57,978 bases of DNA from a virus. Taxonomy: Duplodnaviria; Caudoviricetes. Where the stretch lies: IMG/VR virus record IMGVR_UViG_3300005253_000632, positions 1-57,978 of that record, one strand, 5' to 3'. The notes beneath the pieces were generated by a model. It ran no database searches, was not told where the DNA came from, and saw only the letters and a list, made by a program, of their open reading frames with translations. A program made the translations under genes and the position numbers. Positions 47,450 to 56,788 of this stretch are shown here, piece after piece (positions within the stretch are counted from its first letter, which is position 1; each line of letters starts with the position of its first letter).

Positions 47450-48013
47450 GTGAAACACTCGAAATTTCCGCCCCAGGTCTACACGAAAGACGAGCTCAAT
47501 CGCATTCTGATGGCCTGCGGCGGTCACCCAAACGGGCTGCGAAATCGGGCGATCATAATGATGGGCTACCGCTGTGGGTTGCGATGCGCAGAGGCGCTGG
47601 CGCTCCACCGATCGGACATCGCTCTGGACCAAGGCCACGTGCTGATTCAGAGGGGCAAGGGCGGGAAGTCGCGGCGAATCGGGCTGCCGGATGACGCTGC
47701 GGCTGCCGTTCGTTCCACGTGGAACGCGGAGCCCATGCGGGGCGAGTGGGCGTTCCCCACCTCGAGCGCAGGAAAGCTGTGTACCTCATACGTTCGAACC
47801 CTGTTGCCGCGGCTGGCCCGGCGGGCGAACATCGCTAAGCGCCTGCACTTCCACGGCTTACGCCACACCTTCGCCTGGGAGCTGTCACAAGAGGGGGTGC
47901 CGATGCCGATCATTCAACGGGCCTTGGGCCACAGCAGCTTGAACACCACGGCGGTCTATTTAGACCATCTGGCCCCCCATGATGTGATCAACGCGACGCG
48001 GAACCGCGCATAA
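47450..48013 (+). CDS. Tyrosine recombinase, catalytic domain only (187 aa)
   Basis: GLR, GKGGK, HGLRH, LGHS, TAVY: complete R-K-H-R-H-Y set. Confidence 0.92.
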   Translation: MKHSKFPPQVYTKDELNRILMACGGHPNGLRNRAIIMMGYRCGLRCAEALALHRSDIALDQGHVLIQRGKGGKSRRIGLPDDAAAAVRSTWNAEPMRGEWAFPTSSAGKLCTSYVRTLLPRLARRANIAKRLHFHGLRHTFAWELSQEGVPMPIIQRALGHSSLNTTAVYLDHLAPHDVINATRNRA

Positions 48014-48170
48014 AACGACCGCCGACACATCCGTGTCCCGGCGGCCGGGTCCATGATCAACCGCGAGCATACATCCCTATGCCATCCTGTCAAGCAACAA
48101 ATGCTGCAACAAAATACCGAATTTGTTGCAAGGTCGCAGGTCAAACCAAGCAGAAACCAGCGAGAAACCA

Positions 48171-48386
48171 ATGGCCGAGCTTCCCGCCAGCCACTCCAAG
48201 GCGCTGAACAAGGGCCGCACCAAGAAGCTCCAGCGCCGCCTCACGTCGATCGACGCACAGCTCCGCACCCGCCGGGCAGCGATCAGCGAACAGCAGACGA
48301 TCATCCATGGCCTGCTCAAGACGCGGGAACGCCTGGACAAGCAACTGTACGAGGTGGCCAAGCGAGGTGGCCAAGCGAAAGGATGA
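48171..48386 (+). CDS. Coiled-coil hypothetical protein
   Basis: Heptad pattern. Confidence 0.55.
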   Translation: MAELPASHSKALNKGRTKKLQRRLTSIDAQLRTRRAAISEQQTIIHGLLKTRERLDKQLYEVAKRGGQAKG

Positions 48387-48595
48387 ATATGTCCGCAACT
48401 CGACTGGATTTCAGCTTCAACATCGGTCAACAACTTCTGATTAACGCAAATGGCAGGGGGGGCAAGGTGGGCAAGGTAATCGGGCTCTATATGAATCGTG
48501 ACGGTATCCACTTCGCTGAAGTCGAGTACTTCACGGATCAGAATGATCGTCGCGAGCAAATGTTCCGGGAAGAGGATGTGAGACCCATTGGCTGA
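48383..48595 (+). CDS. Small SH3-like beta protein, paralogue 1
   Basis: VGKVIGL...RD.I.FA.VE.F ... FREED. Confidence 0.65.
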   Translation: MNMSATRLDFSFNIGQQLLINANGRGGKVGKVIGLYMNRDGIHFAEVEYFTDQNDRREQMFREEDVRPIG

Positions 48596-48680
48596 CACCG
48601 CCACACTCAACAACTGGATCACGTTTCTCGGCCTGTTGGCCTACCCCGCCGCAGTGATGGGGGGTTGTCTCGTTGGATGA

Positions 48681-48896
48681 TTGACTGAAAGGATGAAAAT
48701 GGCACACGTGCGCGTTGAATTCAAGTTCCCCCTCCTCAGCCAAGTGAAGATCAAGGCTACGGGCGCCGTGGGCAAGGTGATTGGCCTTTTCATTGATCGG
48801 GACTCGATCACCTTCGCACTCGTCGAGTGGTTCGACAAGACCGCGCAACAGCATCGGACATACTTCCGCGAAGAGGACCTCGAATCCGTTGGCTGA
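48681..48896 (+). CDS. Small SH3-like beta protein, paralogue 2
   Basis: Same motif as 48383..48595. Confidence 0.65.
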   Translation: MTERMKMAHVRVEFKFPLLSQVKIKATGAVGKVIGLFIDRDSITFALVEWFDKTAQQHRTYFREEDLESVG

Positions 48897-49230
48897 CCCC
48901 ACCGCCAATCTCGGCGAACTCGCGATCACGGGCGGCCCCGGGCGTCCGAAGGGCTCCAAGAACAAGGCCACGCGATACCGCGCCTTGATCGACGAGGCCA
49001 TGAGCCAGGATGACGAGCGGGCGATCTGGCAGGCCCTGATTGGGTTGGCCAAGGGCTGTTCCGAAGTGCCCGCCGACGTGATTGCGGCCCGCCTCATTAT
49101 GGAGTATCGTTACGGCAAGCCGCGACAGGTCATCGAGGCCGACGTGAATATCGGCCTGCAAGAGCTTGTGTTTACGGTCGTTCCGATGTCTAATGAGAGC
49201 GAGACGAACGATGGCGATCCTGACCCATGA
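48889..49230 (+). CDS. DUF5681 / terminase-small-subunit-like protein
   Basis: GPGRPKGSKNK, L...A..G, AARL..EY..GKP.Q. Confidence 0.6.
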   Translation: MADPTANLGELAITGGPGRPKGSKNKATRYRALIDEAMSQDDERAIWQALIGLAKGCSEVPADVIAARLIMEYRYGKPRQVIEADVNIGLQELVFTVVPMSNESETNDGDPDP

Positions 49231-49918
49231 AAGCTTTGGCCGCAAACAGGGGCGGACAGCGAGGTTGCGAGCGCGGCAAGCGGAATTGGCCGTGGCCCAG
49301 GCACTCAAGCCTGAAGCGAGCGACAGGCCCTGCGGGTGCTCGCCGGGCACCGTGTGCACTAAGTGTTTTGGCAAGCCGGCGCCCGCAAAGCCCAGGCCGA
49401 TCGCCCGCGAGCACCCCGAATGGGCCTATGCCGCCGATTGCGCCTGCTCGGTATGCAATGAGTTTTGGACCGCATTCAAAGAGAACCACGACGGAGCCGA
49501 TCCGCCGCCCAAGGTGCCAGCCAAGGTTGAATGCCTCGTGTGCGGGGCTGGCCTGGCAGCTCCACCCGGCGAACCTCTTGAGCACAATCTGTGTGCCGTT
49601 CATGCTTCGGCTACGCCTGACCCAATCGTCAACGAAGCCAAGGCTGCTACGCAGACCATCGAACAAATCACCGAGCGGGTCGTGACGACGTTTCGAGAGC
49701 ACAACGAGTGGTATCCTACGGGCCAACGCTACGACACAACATGCGCGTGCGATTTCTGCCTAGCCGTGCGCAACGATCCAATGTTCCCCGGCGAACCGCA
49801 TGGCGCGTTCGCGCCTGTCGGTGTTGGTTCCGTAGTCCCAGCAACGCAAAAGCAGCCCGACGCCGACGCCTTCATCCGCAAGCAACTGAACGCCAACCTG
49901 CGCGGGGTGTTCACATGA
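49211..49918 (+). CDS. Multi-Cys hypothetical protein
   Basis: CGC..C..C, CACSVC, CACDFC. Confidence 0.6.
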   Translation: MAILTHESFGRKQGRTARLRARQAELAVAQALKPEASDRPCGCSPGTVCTKCFGKPAPAKPRPIAREHPEWAYAADCACSVCNEFWTAFKENHDGADPPPKVPAKVECLVCGAGLAAPPGEPLEHNLCAVHASATPDPIVNEAKAATQTIEQITERVVTTFREHNEWYPTGQRYDTTCACDFCLAVRNDPMFPGEPHGAFAPVGVGSVVPATQKQPDADAFIRKQLNANLRGVFT

Positions 49919-50003
49919 GCGACGAATGGCGATTGGCACTGAACGTGTACGCCATCGTGATATCGGCGGTGGCGATCATTCTCGCATTGCGGCGGTCCAG
50001 AAA

Positions 50004-50330
50004 ATGACCGAACTCGCCTCCATCAACGCCAAGATCGACCGGCTGAACCGCAAGCTCAAGGCGGACCCAATAGCATTCACCCTCAAGCTTCCGGCAACCA
50101 AGGCAAACATAAACCAATTGGGCTGGCAACTAGATTGTACAGCTCGCCAGAACGGGACCATCTATGAAGGCTCGATTGCGTTTCGGTTTGATCGTCTTGG
50201 TGACTGTCTCGTGCTGTGGGATGAGGCAGAAGCCCTATTTGGCGACGAACACGCCGAGCATGTGCCATCGGATATCAAACTCTTCGCCCGCAAGATACAG
50301 CTCGCCATACTGGAGCGGCTGACGGGATGA
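50004..50330 (+). CDS. Hypothetical protein
   Basis: ATGA coupling. Confidence 0.55.
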   Translation: MTELASINAKIDRLNRKLKADPIAFTLKLPATKANINQLGWQLDCTARQNGTIYEGSIAFRFDRLGDCLVLWDEAEALFGDEHAEHVPSDIKLFARKIQLAILERLTG

Positions 50331-50678
50331 AAGACAACGACGGCTATATCGCGCTTCTGCTGGTAGCTATTGTGGTTGTCTGCATCTGCGCGATAGCACA
50401 CATCGCCGACACTACTGCACACGGGCTTTGATCGATGGCGATAGCACGAATCGGCCACAACCCATTTCTGAGGTTGCATCCAACATCTTTAGTGAATGGT
50501 GCCGCATTGGGCATTTGCCCAAGCTCTTCATTTCTCGGCTTGTGGTTGGCGATCCAGATTGCATCCGAGCGTGGCAACTGATTGACGCTCACCACGGGAT
50601 CAAGTGGACGCCACCGCCCCATCTATGCAAGGCATCACCGCCGTCGCCTGACCCGGTTTTCGCCTGAAAGGAACAATC

Positions 50679-50939
50679 ATGGCATTCCTCGCGGATGGGC
50701 TGTCGAGCCCCTTATTTCAAGAATGGTCTAAAACCTGCGATCTGCCGAAAGAGTGTCGCCGCATGGCAATAGACGTGGCAGTCGATGATGTTGTCATCGT
50801 GTACTACGAATGCTTTGGTGACGAAGAAACGCTCGCCAAAATGCCATCCCTCAAGGGCGCCAAGGTTGTTCACGTCGCAAGCCTGCGCCCGAACTGGCTG
50901 GGCCGGGCCTTGCGTTGGTTCGGCCAAAAGCCCAGTTGA
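50679..50939 (+). CDS. Hypothetical protein
   Basis: AAAGGA RBS. Confidence 0.6.
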   Translation: MAFLADGLSSPLFQEWSKTCDLPKECRRMAIDVAVDDVVIVYYECFGDEETLAKMPSLKGAKVVHVASLRPNWLGRALRWFGQKPS

Positions 50940-51244
50940 ACCAAGTCTAAATTTACACCAAGGACTCATTATGTCATTGTGCCGACCGGGCTGTTGCCAG
51001 TCCGCCAGGAAGACGGGAGCTGCGTGGATCGACCGCACGCTTGCTAATCTGTGTGTTTCCGAGCGACTGCGCCGTAAGCTGATCGACCAAGCAAGCCTGT
51101 TTCTGCTGAATGGTTTCTCCGCCGCCGACTTGAATGTGCGAGTGAGCTGTGGTGGGCGGGCAGAAGTAGTGGGCCTCGTTGGTGTGGCGCTCCGCATCGT
51201 GCCGCTGAGCATTCTGAGCGGCGGGGAATAGCCCGCAACCGGAT

Positions 51245-51472
51245 TCAAAGAATTCGGATTTTATCCTCGCAGCGCGCTATTCCAACATCAGCCCCAATTA
51301 CAAAGCACTTAAATCCATGTTCGGTGAGCCTCCCCAGAATAACCGGGCCTAGCCCATTCAGCCGGACCTCTAAAATTAGGCCGTCACGGCTGTCACGGGG
51401 TTGGCGCAAATTCGCCTCTATGGTATTGTCTGTGGGCGATTCTTGCTCTCCCTTGACTTTCCATTTAGTCAT
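51245..51472 (-). CDS. Hypothetical protein downstream of E4
   Basis: AAAGGATAAGG upstream. Confidence 0.55.
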   Translation of the reverse strand: MTKWKVKGEQESPTDNTIEANLRQPRDSRDGLILEVRLNGLGPVILGRLTEHGFKCFVIGADVGIARCEDKIRIL

Positions 51473-51490
51473 AGCCTTATCCTTTCAATA

Positions 51491-51665
51491 ATGCGTCGGC
51501 CGGGCCGGATTCCAGCGACATCCACTGCGGGCCTTTGCCGCTGCCAACTAAACCGCGAAAGTCGTACCGGCCGAGAGGTTTGATGTCTCGCCGCAGGCCC
51601 AATCGTGGTCGGGCGTTTGCCCTGCGGCGCGCGGTTCACTCACGCCACGACGCCGGCCGACGCGT
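51491..51665 (-). ncRNA. Putative structured RNA element E4
   Basis: Minus strand GCGTCGGCCGGCGTCGTGGC ... GGAATCCGGCCCGGCCGACGC. Confidence 0.6.
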
Positions 51666-51677
51666 CAATAGCATATC

Positions 51678-52673
51678 ATGTCCACCCCACTGAGTCTACA
51701 GCATATTCTCGTGACCGGCGGCAGCGGATTTCTAGGCACGGCTGTGCTGCAAAAGCTCGATGCCGCAGGGTGTCGCCATGTGTGGTCGCCGAGTAGCGGC
51801 ACGCTGAACCTGCTTGATGAGGACCTCTGTAGGAAGTGTGTTGTTGAGTTCGCGCCCGATACCATAATCCACTGCGCGGCGATATGCGGCGGCATTGGAG
51901 CCAACCAAGGCACAGAGGCCGAGTTTTGTCAGGGCAACCTGCGAATGGGGCTGAACGTGCTGCATGGTGCCCATGTGGCTCATGCCCGGCTCATCAACAT
52001 CGGCTCCGTATGCGCCTATCCCCTTGATTGCCCACAGCCCATGCGCGAAGACGACCTGTGGGCAGGCTGGCCCGAGCCTACGAATGCCTATTACGGCATT
52101 GCCAAGCGCACTATCATGGCGGCGGCCGACGCCTACAACAAACAGTACGGCCTCGAGCGCTTGAATCTGGTGCTTACGAACCTCTACGGGCCGGGCGACA
52201 ACTTCGACCTGAAGACCTCCCACGTTATCCCGGCCCTGATGCGCAGGATGGCAGAATGCGGGCCGTGCGATACGGTTGACTTGTGGGGCGACGGCACGCC
52301 GACCCGCGATTTGTTGTATGTCCAGGATGCCGCCGAAGCCATCGTTGTGGCTGCCGTCTCGCCAAGCGCGGGCGGCACGATCAACATTGCGTCAGGGCAG
52401 AGCCATAGCATTGCCAAGCTCGCTCGCATGGTCGCTGATGTTGTTGGGTTTCACGGTCAAGTAGAATGGGACAGGGCAAAGCCGAACGGTCAGCCAGCGC
52501 GGCTATTGGATATTTCGCGTGGCGCACGCTCGCTCGGCTGGAAAGCAACGACTAGCATCCAAGACGGCCTTCGGCGAACGTATGAATGGTACAAGGCGTC
52601 AACCGAGCTCTGTGGCATGAGGCTTTGTGGTACACCAGTAGAAGAGGGCGGCAAACAGCGCCATGGCCGTTAA
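51678..52673 (+). CDS. fcl: GDP-L-fucose synthase
   Basis: TGGSGFLG, AA.CGGIGAN, GS.CAYP, EPTN..YGIAK, NLYGPGDNFD..TSHVIPAL, WGDGTPTR, KPNGQP. Confidence 0.93.
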   Translation: MSTPLSLQHILVTGGSGFLGTAVLQKLDAAGCRHVWSPSSGTLNLLDEDLCRKCVVEFAPDTIIHCAAICGGIGANQGTEAEFCQGNLRMGLNVLHGAHVAHARLINIGSVCAYPLDCPQPMREDDLWAGWPEPTNAYYGIAKRTIMAAADAYNKQYGLERLNLVLTNLYGPGDNFDLKTSHVIPALMRRMAECGPCDTVDLWGDGTPTRDLLYVQDAAEAIVVAAVSPSAGGTINIASGQSHSIAKLARMVADVVGFHGQVEWDRAKPNGQPARLLDISRGARSLGWKATTSIQDGLRRTYEWYKASTELCGMRLCGTPVEEGGKQRHGR

Positions 52674-52885
52674 GCCGAATATGCTAATCATCGCGTCTCG
52701 GAACCCCTTTTCTCGCAACGCCGATGCCGACGGCAGCCCCGGCCCGTACCGGTGCGGCTGGTCCAGTGAGCCGCATCTAAACCACCGCCTGCCCCGCGCA
52801 TAAACACAAGGCCAGAATCGCCGGTGATTGTCATAGTGAATGAACGCCACGGCGAACGGGATTGAGATGTAGAGCGGGATGTCCA

Positions 52886-53797
52886 TTACACGCAACCTTC
52901 GAGTTTCAACATGATGCAGACCCAGATAAACACTCCAAACACGGCTGCGCAATTCCATAGTCCGTGCAACAGCTGAGACCACCACGAACGTGTCGGCTTC
53001 AGGAACGGGCGGAGCTTGGGCTTGGGCAATGCGCCAATGGAATAGGACGGAAGGTCGAGCAGTATGTGCAAAGGCGTGAGGCTGGATGGATCAACCTCCG
53101 GCTTGACCCTTAAATCCTTGATCTTGATCTCCGGCTCGTCCGGCGCCTCGGCTTCGGCGACCACTTTGGCAATGACCACGCGCATCTCTTTGAGCCTCCC
53201 TGAATTTGGGTGGCGTGAAAGCCGCAAGCGGTCCTCGCGAGCAGGACCTACGGCATCACCAAAAGAGGCAAAGAGCCATTTGGAGTCAGGGCAAATGTTC
53301 ACAACGACATACTCAGCGGAAGTGGACATATCGACCTCCTGCGTCTTCGTGACAACGAACTTCCCGCGGCACGCGGCGCACAGTGAAAGAGGCCCGCAGC
53401 TATCGCAGCCGCGTATGTGCGTTCGGCGTTTGCACTTGCTTGCACACAAGCCACCCCTGAGCAACAAGCCGCACGTCGAACAGTACAGTTTATTTGTATC
53501 AGCCTCCGCGAGAAGCATCCAAGGAAGCATGTCGCCTTTACCGTCGCCGCGCACAACGTCTTCCGGCACGTAAGGGGCACGGCTGACCGGATCGTATAGG
53601 ACGAGCTTCGCGTGACAGATCGGGCATAAATGGTCTGCATAGCAAGACTCGCAACCCGGAACATGCAGCGTGTACCCGCGGCACAGGCAACCATTGGGGC
53701 ACGCGCCATCAGCAAGTCTTCGGCCGCAAATGCCACAGTACACGCTATCAGCCTCCGACCAAGCAACACGCGGCGGCGCAAGCGAAACCCCAAGCAA
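52886..53797 (-). CDS. Protein with duplicated Cys-rich module and C-terminal TM (internal start 53329 possible)
   Basis: Two YC..CG..L..G.C...C ... GC.SC ... C..C units; GGAGG before in-frame ATG 53329. Confidence 0.5.
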   Translation of the reverse strand: MLGVSLAPPRVAWSEADSVYCGICGRRLADGACPNGCLCRGYTLHVPGCESCYADHLCPICHAKLVLYDPVSRAPYVPEDVVRGDGKGDMLPWMLLAEADTNKLYCSTCGLLLRGGLCASKCKRRTHIRGCDSCGPLSLCAACRGKFVVTKTQEVDMSTSAEYVVVNICPDSKWLFASFGDAVGPAREDRLRLSRHPNSGRLKEMRVVIAKVVAEAEAPDEPEIKIKDLRVKPEVDPSSLTPLHILLDLPSYSIGALPKPKLRPFLKPTRSWWSQLLHGLWNCAAVFGVFIWVCIMLKLEGCV

Positions 53798-53907
53798 CGG
53801 CCAAGATGCTCAGTTCAACCAGAAATCGCACCGTCCGCACGCGGCGCCATCGCCACGATCCGAAGGCGAAACCTACAACGAATCCGGGCAAATAGTCAAT
53901 CCACATA

Positions 53908-54261
53908 TCAGCCTCCCGGGCAAACCGCGCTATCACGAGAAGGCGCATCGGGGCGTGACGTATTGACGCCTTTCCACCTTTGCAGGAATGCCGTGCGCTT
54001 GATGGCGCATTGCGGATCGGGGTCCATAACCCGCGTGCCTTCCGGAGCGCAACCCGGCGGGAAGAGGTGTATTGCATGGCATCGCTTTGCAGCGTCGCTG
54101 GTCATCTTGTCATCGTGGTTGCGGGCACATAGAACATGCGCGATCGCCTCTTCGTCGGTGACCGCGCCACCTAGGTTGCTCATGTGCAGTACTCCCGGCA
54201 GATTGCCGTATGGAATGTCGTCAATCGTCTCATGTCGCACAACTTTGATCGCATGATTCAT
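53908..54261 (-). CDS. Hypothetical protein
   Basis: GAGGTG RBS. Confidence 0.5.
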   Translation of the reverse strand: MNHAIKVVRHETIDDIPYGNLPGVLHMSNLGGAVTDEEAIAHVLCARNHDDKMTSDAAKRCHAIHLFPPGCAPEGTRVMDPDPQCAIKRTAFLQRWKGVNTSRPDAPSRDSAVCPGG

Positions 54262-54651
54262 GGTTCACCTCGATTTTAGTACCAGCCATAGCAAGAAAAC
54301 GCACAGGCAAAAGAGTGCGCCAATCGCGATTGCGGCCTGTGTCCAAGAGTGTACTTCAATCATAGCCTCCTCAGCACTTCGATAAAGATCGCCAGGAAAA
54401 TCGCCACTACTGCGTAGACCGAAACGACAATCACCATTCCAATCCTCGCACAGCGGGAACGGTTGCGGATAATCACCGATGAGTTGTAGCGGATCATTGC
54501 GTTCCTCTCAGCGCATAGACGATTGCCATAATGGCTACGCTATTGACGATTGTCCAGCTCGCAATCAAGCAAATACAGAGGACCAACCAGCCCTGATTCC
54601 TATTATCCATTGCCCCACCCTACCCTAGCCCATGTCGGCCCGCAAGAGAAA

Positions 54652-54894
54652 ATGACCACCGCAAGCCTCGATAGCAGCACAATCCTGGAATGCCGCAAGC
54701 AGTTTTGCAACTACTGCCGAGAGGGCCACGCCCTTATCCCCGGTACATACCGGCATCGGTTCAGAGCGAGAGTCTTCGGCATTCCGCAAACGGTTGAGCC
54801 TGGGTGCCATGCATGGCAGTTGGTGAAGCTGGAACATCCCAAGAGTCGACGTGACCCGCCGCCGAACTTTCAAACCGTCATTGGGCACGCATGA
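54652..54894 (+). CDS. Small Cys protein bracketed by 11 bp direct repeat
   Basis: CNYC; ATGA-coupled to gmd. Confidence 0.55.
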   Translation: MTTASLDSSTILECRKQFCNYCREGHALIPGTYRHRFRARVFGIPQTVEPGCHAWQLVKLEHPKSRRDPPPNFQTVIGHA

Positions 54895-55871
54895 CCACCG
54901 CCCTCATCACAGGCATCACCGGCCAGGACGGCTCATATCTTGCCGAGCTGTTGCTCGGCAAAGGCTACACGGTCCACGGCATCATCCGCCGCAGTAGCTC
55001 GATTAACACCGAACGAATTGACCACCTGTACGAAGAGCCGCATTCCGAGAGCCGAAACCTCTACCTGCACTATGGTGACCTGGCCGACGCTGCAAATATC
55101 GCCCGGCTCGTGGCCGAAATCCGGCCCGATGAAGTGTACAACCTAGGCGCGCAGTCACACGTCCGCGTCTCGTTTGACATCCCCGAATATACCGCCGACG
55201 TAATAGCATTGGGCACCCTACGGCTGCTCGAAGCTGTCAAGACGCACGCTCCAGCGGCACGGTTCTATCAGGCATCAAGCAGCGAGCTATTCGGTGCATC
55301 ACCCCCGCCGCAGAATGAACAAACGCCGTTCCACCCGCGAAGTCCGTATGCGATTGCCAAGCTGCACGCGTACTGGACAACGATCAACTACCGCGAAGCA
55401 TATGGGATGCACTGCTCGAACGGCATCCTGTTTAACCATGAATCGCCCCGGCGTGGCGAGACGTTCGTCACACAGAAGATCGCCAAGGCCGCAGTACGCA
55501 TATCCCGCGGCCTACAGCAACATGTCTATCTCGGCAACCTTGACGCGCAACGAGATTGGGGCTATGCTGGCGATTACGTTGAAGCCATGTGGCTCATGTG
55601 CCAGCAGGACGAGCCAGACGATTACGTGATCGCCACGGGCGAGATGCACAGCGTACGAGAGTTTGCCGAGCGAGCCTTCGGCTGTGTTGGCCTGGATTGG
55701 CGAAAGCATGTGCGGATAGATGAGCGATACATGCGGCCCGCCGAAGTCGATGCGCTGTGTGGCGACGCCAGCAAGGCGCGCGAGCGGCTGGGCTGGAAGC
55801 CCCACGTTGCTTTTGACGAACTGGTCAAGATGATGGTGGGCGCAGGAAGCAGATGGGATGGTGCGACATGA
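54891..55871 (+). CDS. gmd: GDP-mannose 4,6-dehydratase
   Basis: [66 protein letters not shown]. Confidence 0.97.
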   Translation: MTTALITGITGQDGSYLAELLLGKGYTVHGIIRRSSSINTERIDHLYEEPHSESRNLYLHYGDLADAANIARLVAEIRPDEVYNLGAQSHVRVSFDIPEYTADVIALGTLRLLEAVKTHAPAARFYQASSSELFGASPPPQNEQTPFHPRSPYAIAKLHAYWTTINYREAYGMHCSNGILFNHESPRRGETFVTQKIAKAAVRISRGLQQHVYLGNLDAQRDWGYAGDYVEAMWLMCQQDEPDDYVIATGEMHSVREFAERAFGCVGLDWRKHVRIDERYMRPAEVDALCGDASKARERLGWKPHVAFDELVKMMVGAGSRWDGAT

Positions 55872-56101
55872 CACAGGCTGCATACGACCGGATCGTTGAC
55901 GCCATCCAAAATAAGCCTTTGCGTAAGGCCGCACGGGCGTGCAAAGAAACGCATGATCGGCTTGCCGATCATCAAAAAACCTTTGCTCCACCCGACTACA
56001 CAGATGGCGTTGACGCGCTTTGGGACGAGCTTAGGCCCCACATCCTCAAGCTGATCGCATTCGCTGAGGCGCGGGAGGCAGATGGCATGCAAGCCCAATG
56101 A
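55868..56101 (+). CDS. Hypothetical protein
   Basis: ATGA coupling. Confidence 0.55.
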   Translation: MTQAAYDRIVDAIQNKPLRKAARACKETHDRLADHQKTFAPPDYTDGVDALWDELRPHILKLIAFAEAREADGMQAQ

Positions 56102-56472
56102 GCACAGATTATCAATTCACTTGCGATGACTGCAAAGAATCTGGGGGATTCTTTTCTGAGCAGGCGTGGGGCTGGGGCAACTGCGACATCTTTACGAACT
56201 TCAAGTTCCTGGTCGCCCATGTCCACTGTGCCGGCTATCGGGTGATATCCGAGCATGAAGAGATTTACGGGGATGGGCCAAGGGAAGAGAAGTTCCACAG
56301 GCGGCTATGCACAGATCAGCACCTGCGCGAAGACGTTTGGCCGCGCGCAAACGAATGGGAGTGGGCCAGAGTGGGTGATTCTGCGAAGTGTCATGATGAG
56401 TGGCTTAAACATGAAGGCTTAGACGCGCCTAAACCCAAGGCGCCCGAGGCAATAGTGGCGGCAGCCAAATAG
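56098..56472 (+). CDS. Hypothetical protein
   Basis: CDDCKE ... FL..H..C. Confidence 0.6.
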   Translation: MSTDYQFTCDDCKESGGFFSEQAWGWGNCDIFTNFKFLVAHVHCAGYRVISEHEEIYGDGPREEKFHRRLCTDQHLREDVWPRANEWEWARVGDSAKCHDEWLKHEGLDAPKPKAPEAIVAAAK

Positions 56473-56484
56473 GGCGGGCAGGCA

Positions 56485-56781
56485 GTGGCACGCAAGCCCA
56501 AGCGATTCAGCCTTAGCGGGCCAAGCCCCCAACGCGACACCCGGCCAAGCTCAGCGAAGCGCGGATACGGCGGACGCTGGCAACGATATCGAAGATGGTA
56601 TCTGAAGCGTAACCCAATTTGCGTGCATTGCAAGAAGGCAGCCGCCACAGACGTTGACCATATCAAGCGCGTTGCCGGCCCAAGCGATCCGCTGTTCTGG
56701 AAGCCGAGCAACCATCAAGCGCTGTGCCATTCGTGCCACAGTCGGAAGACGGGACGCGAAACTGGGGGGAGGATGCATTGA
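56485..56781 (+). CDS. HNH endonuclease (HK97 gp74-like packaging nuclease)
   Basis: RGYG..W...R..YL..NP.C..C, VDHI, LFW...N.QALC..CH..KT. Confidence 0.93.
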   Translation: MARKPKRFSLSGPSPQRDTRPSSAKRGYGGRWQRYRRWYLKRNPICVHCKKAAATDVDHIKRVAGPSDPLFWKPSNHQALCHSCHSRKTGRETGGRMH

Positions 56782-56788
56782 GAATGAG

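Noticed and set aside
44256-48013. Classical integron (IntI/attC)
   Set aside because: Sites are too short and lack RYYYAAC/GTTRRRY boxes; the recombinase is 187 aa with no room for the IntI-specific insertion
50750-53542. Half-sites GAGTGTCGCC (50751) and ATGTCGCCTTT (53529)
   Set aside because: No partner arm; both are inside ORFs
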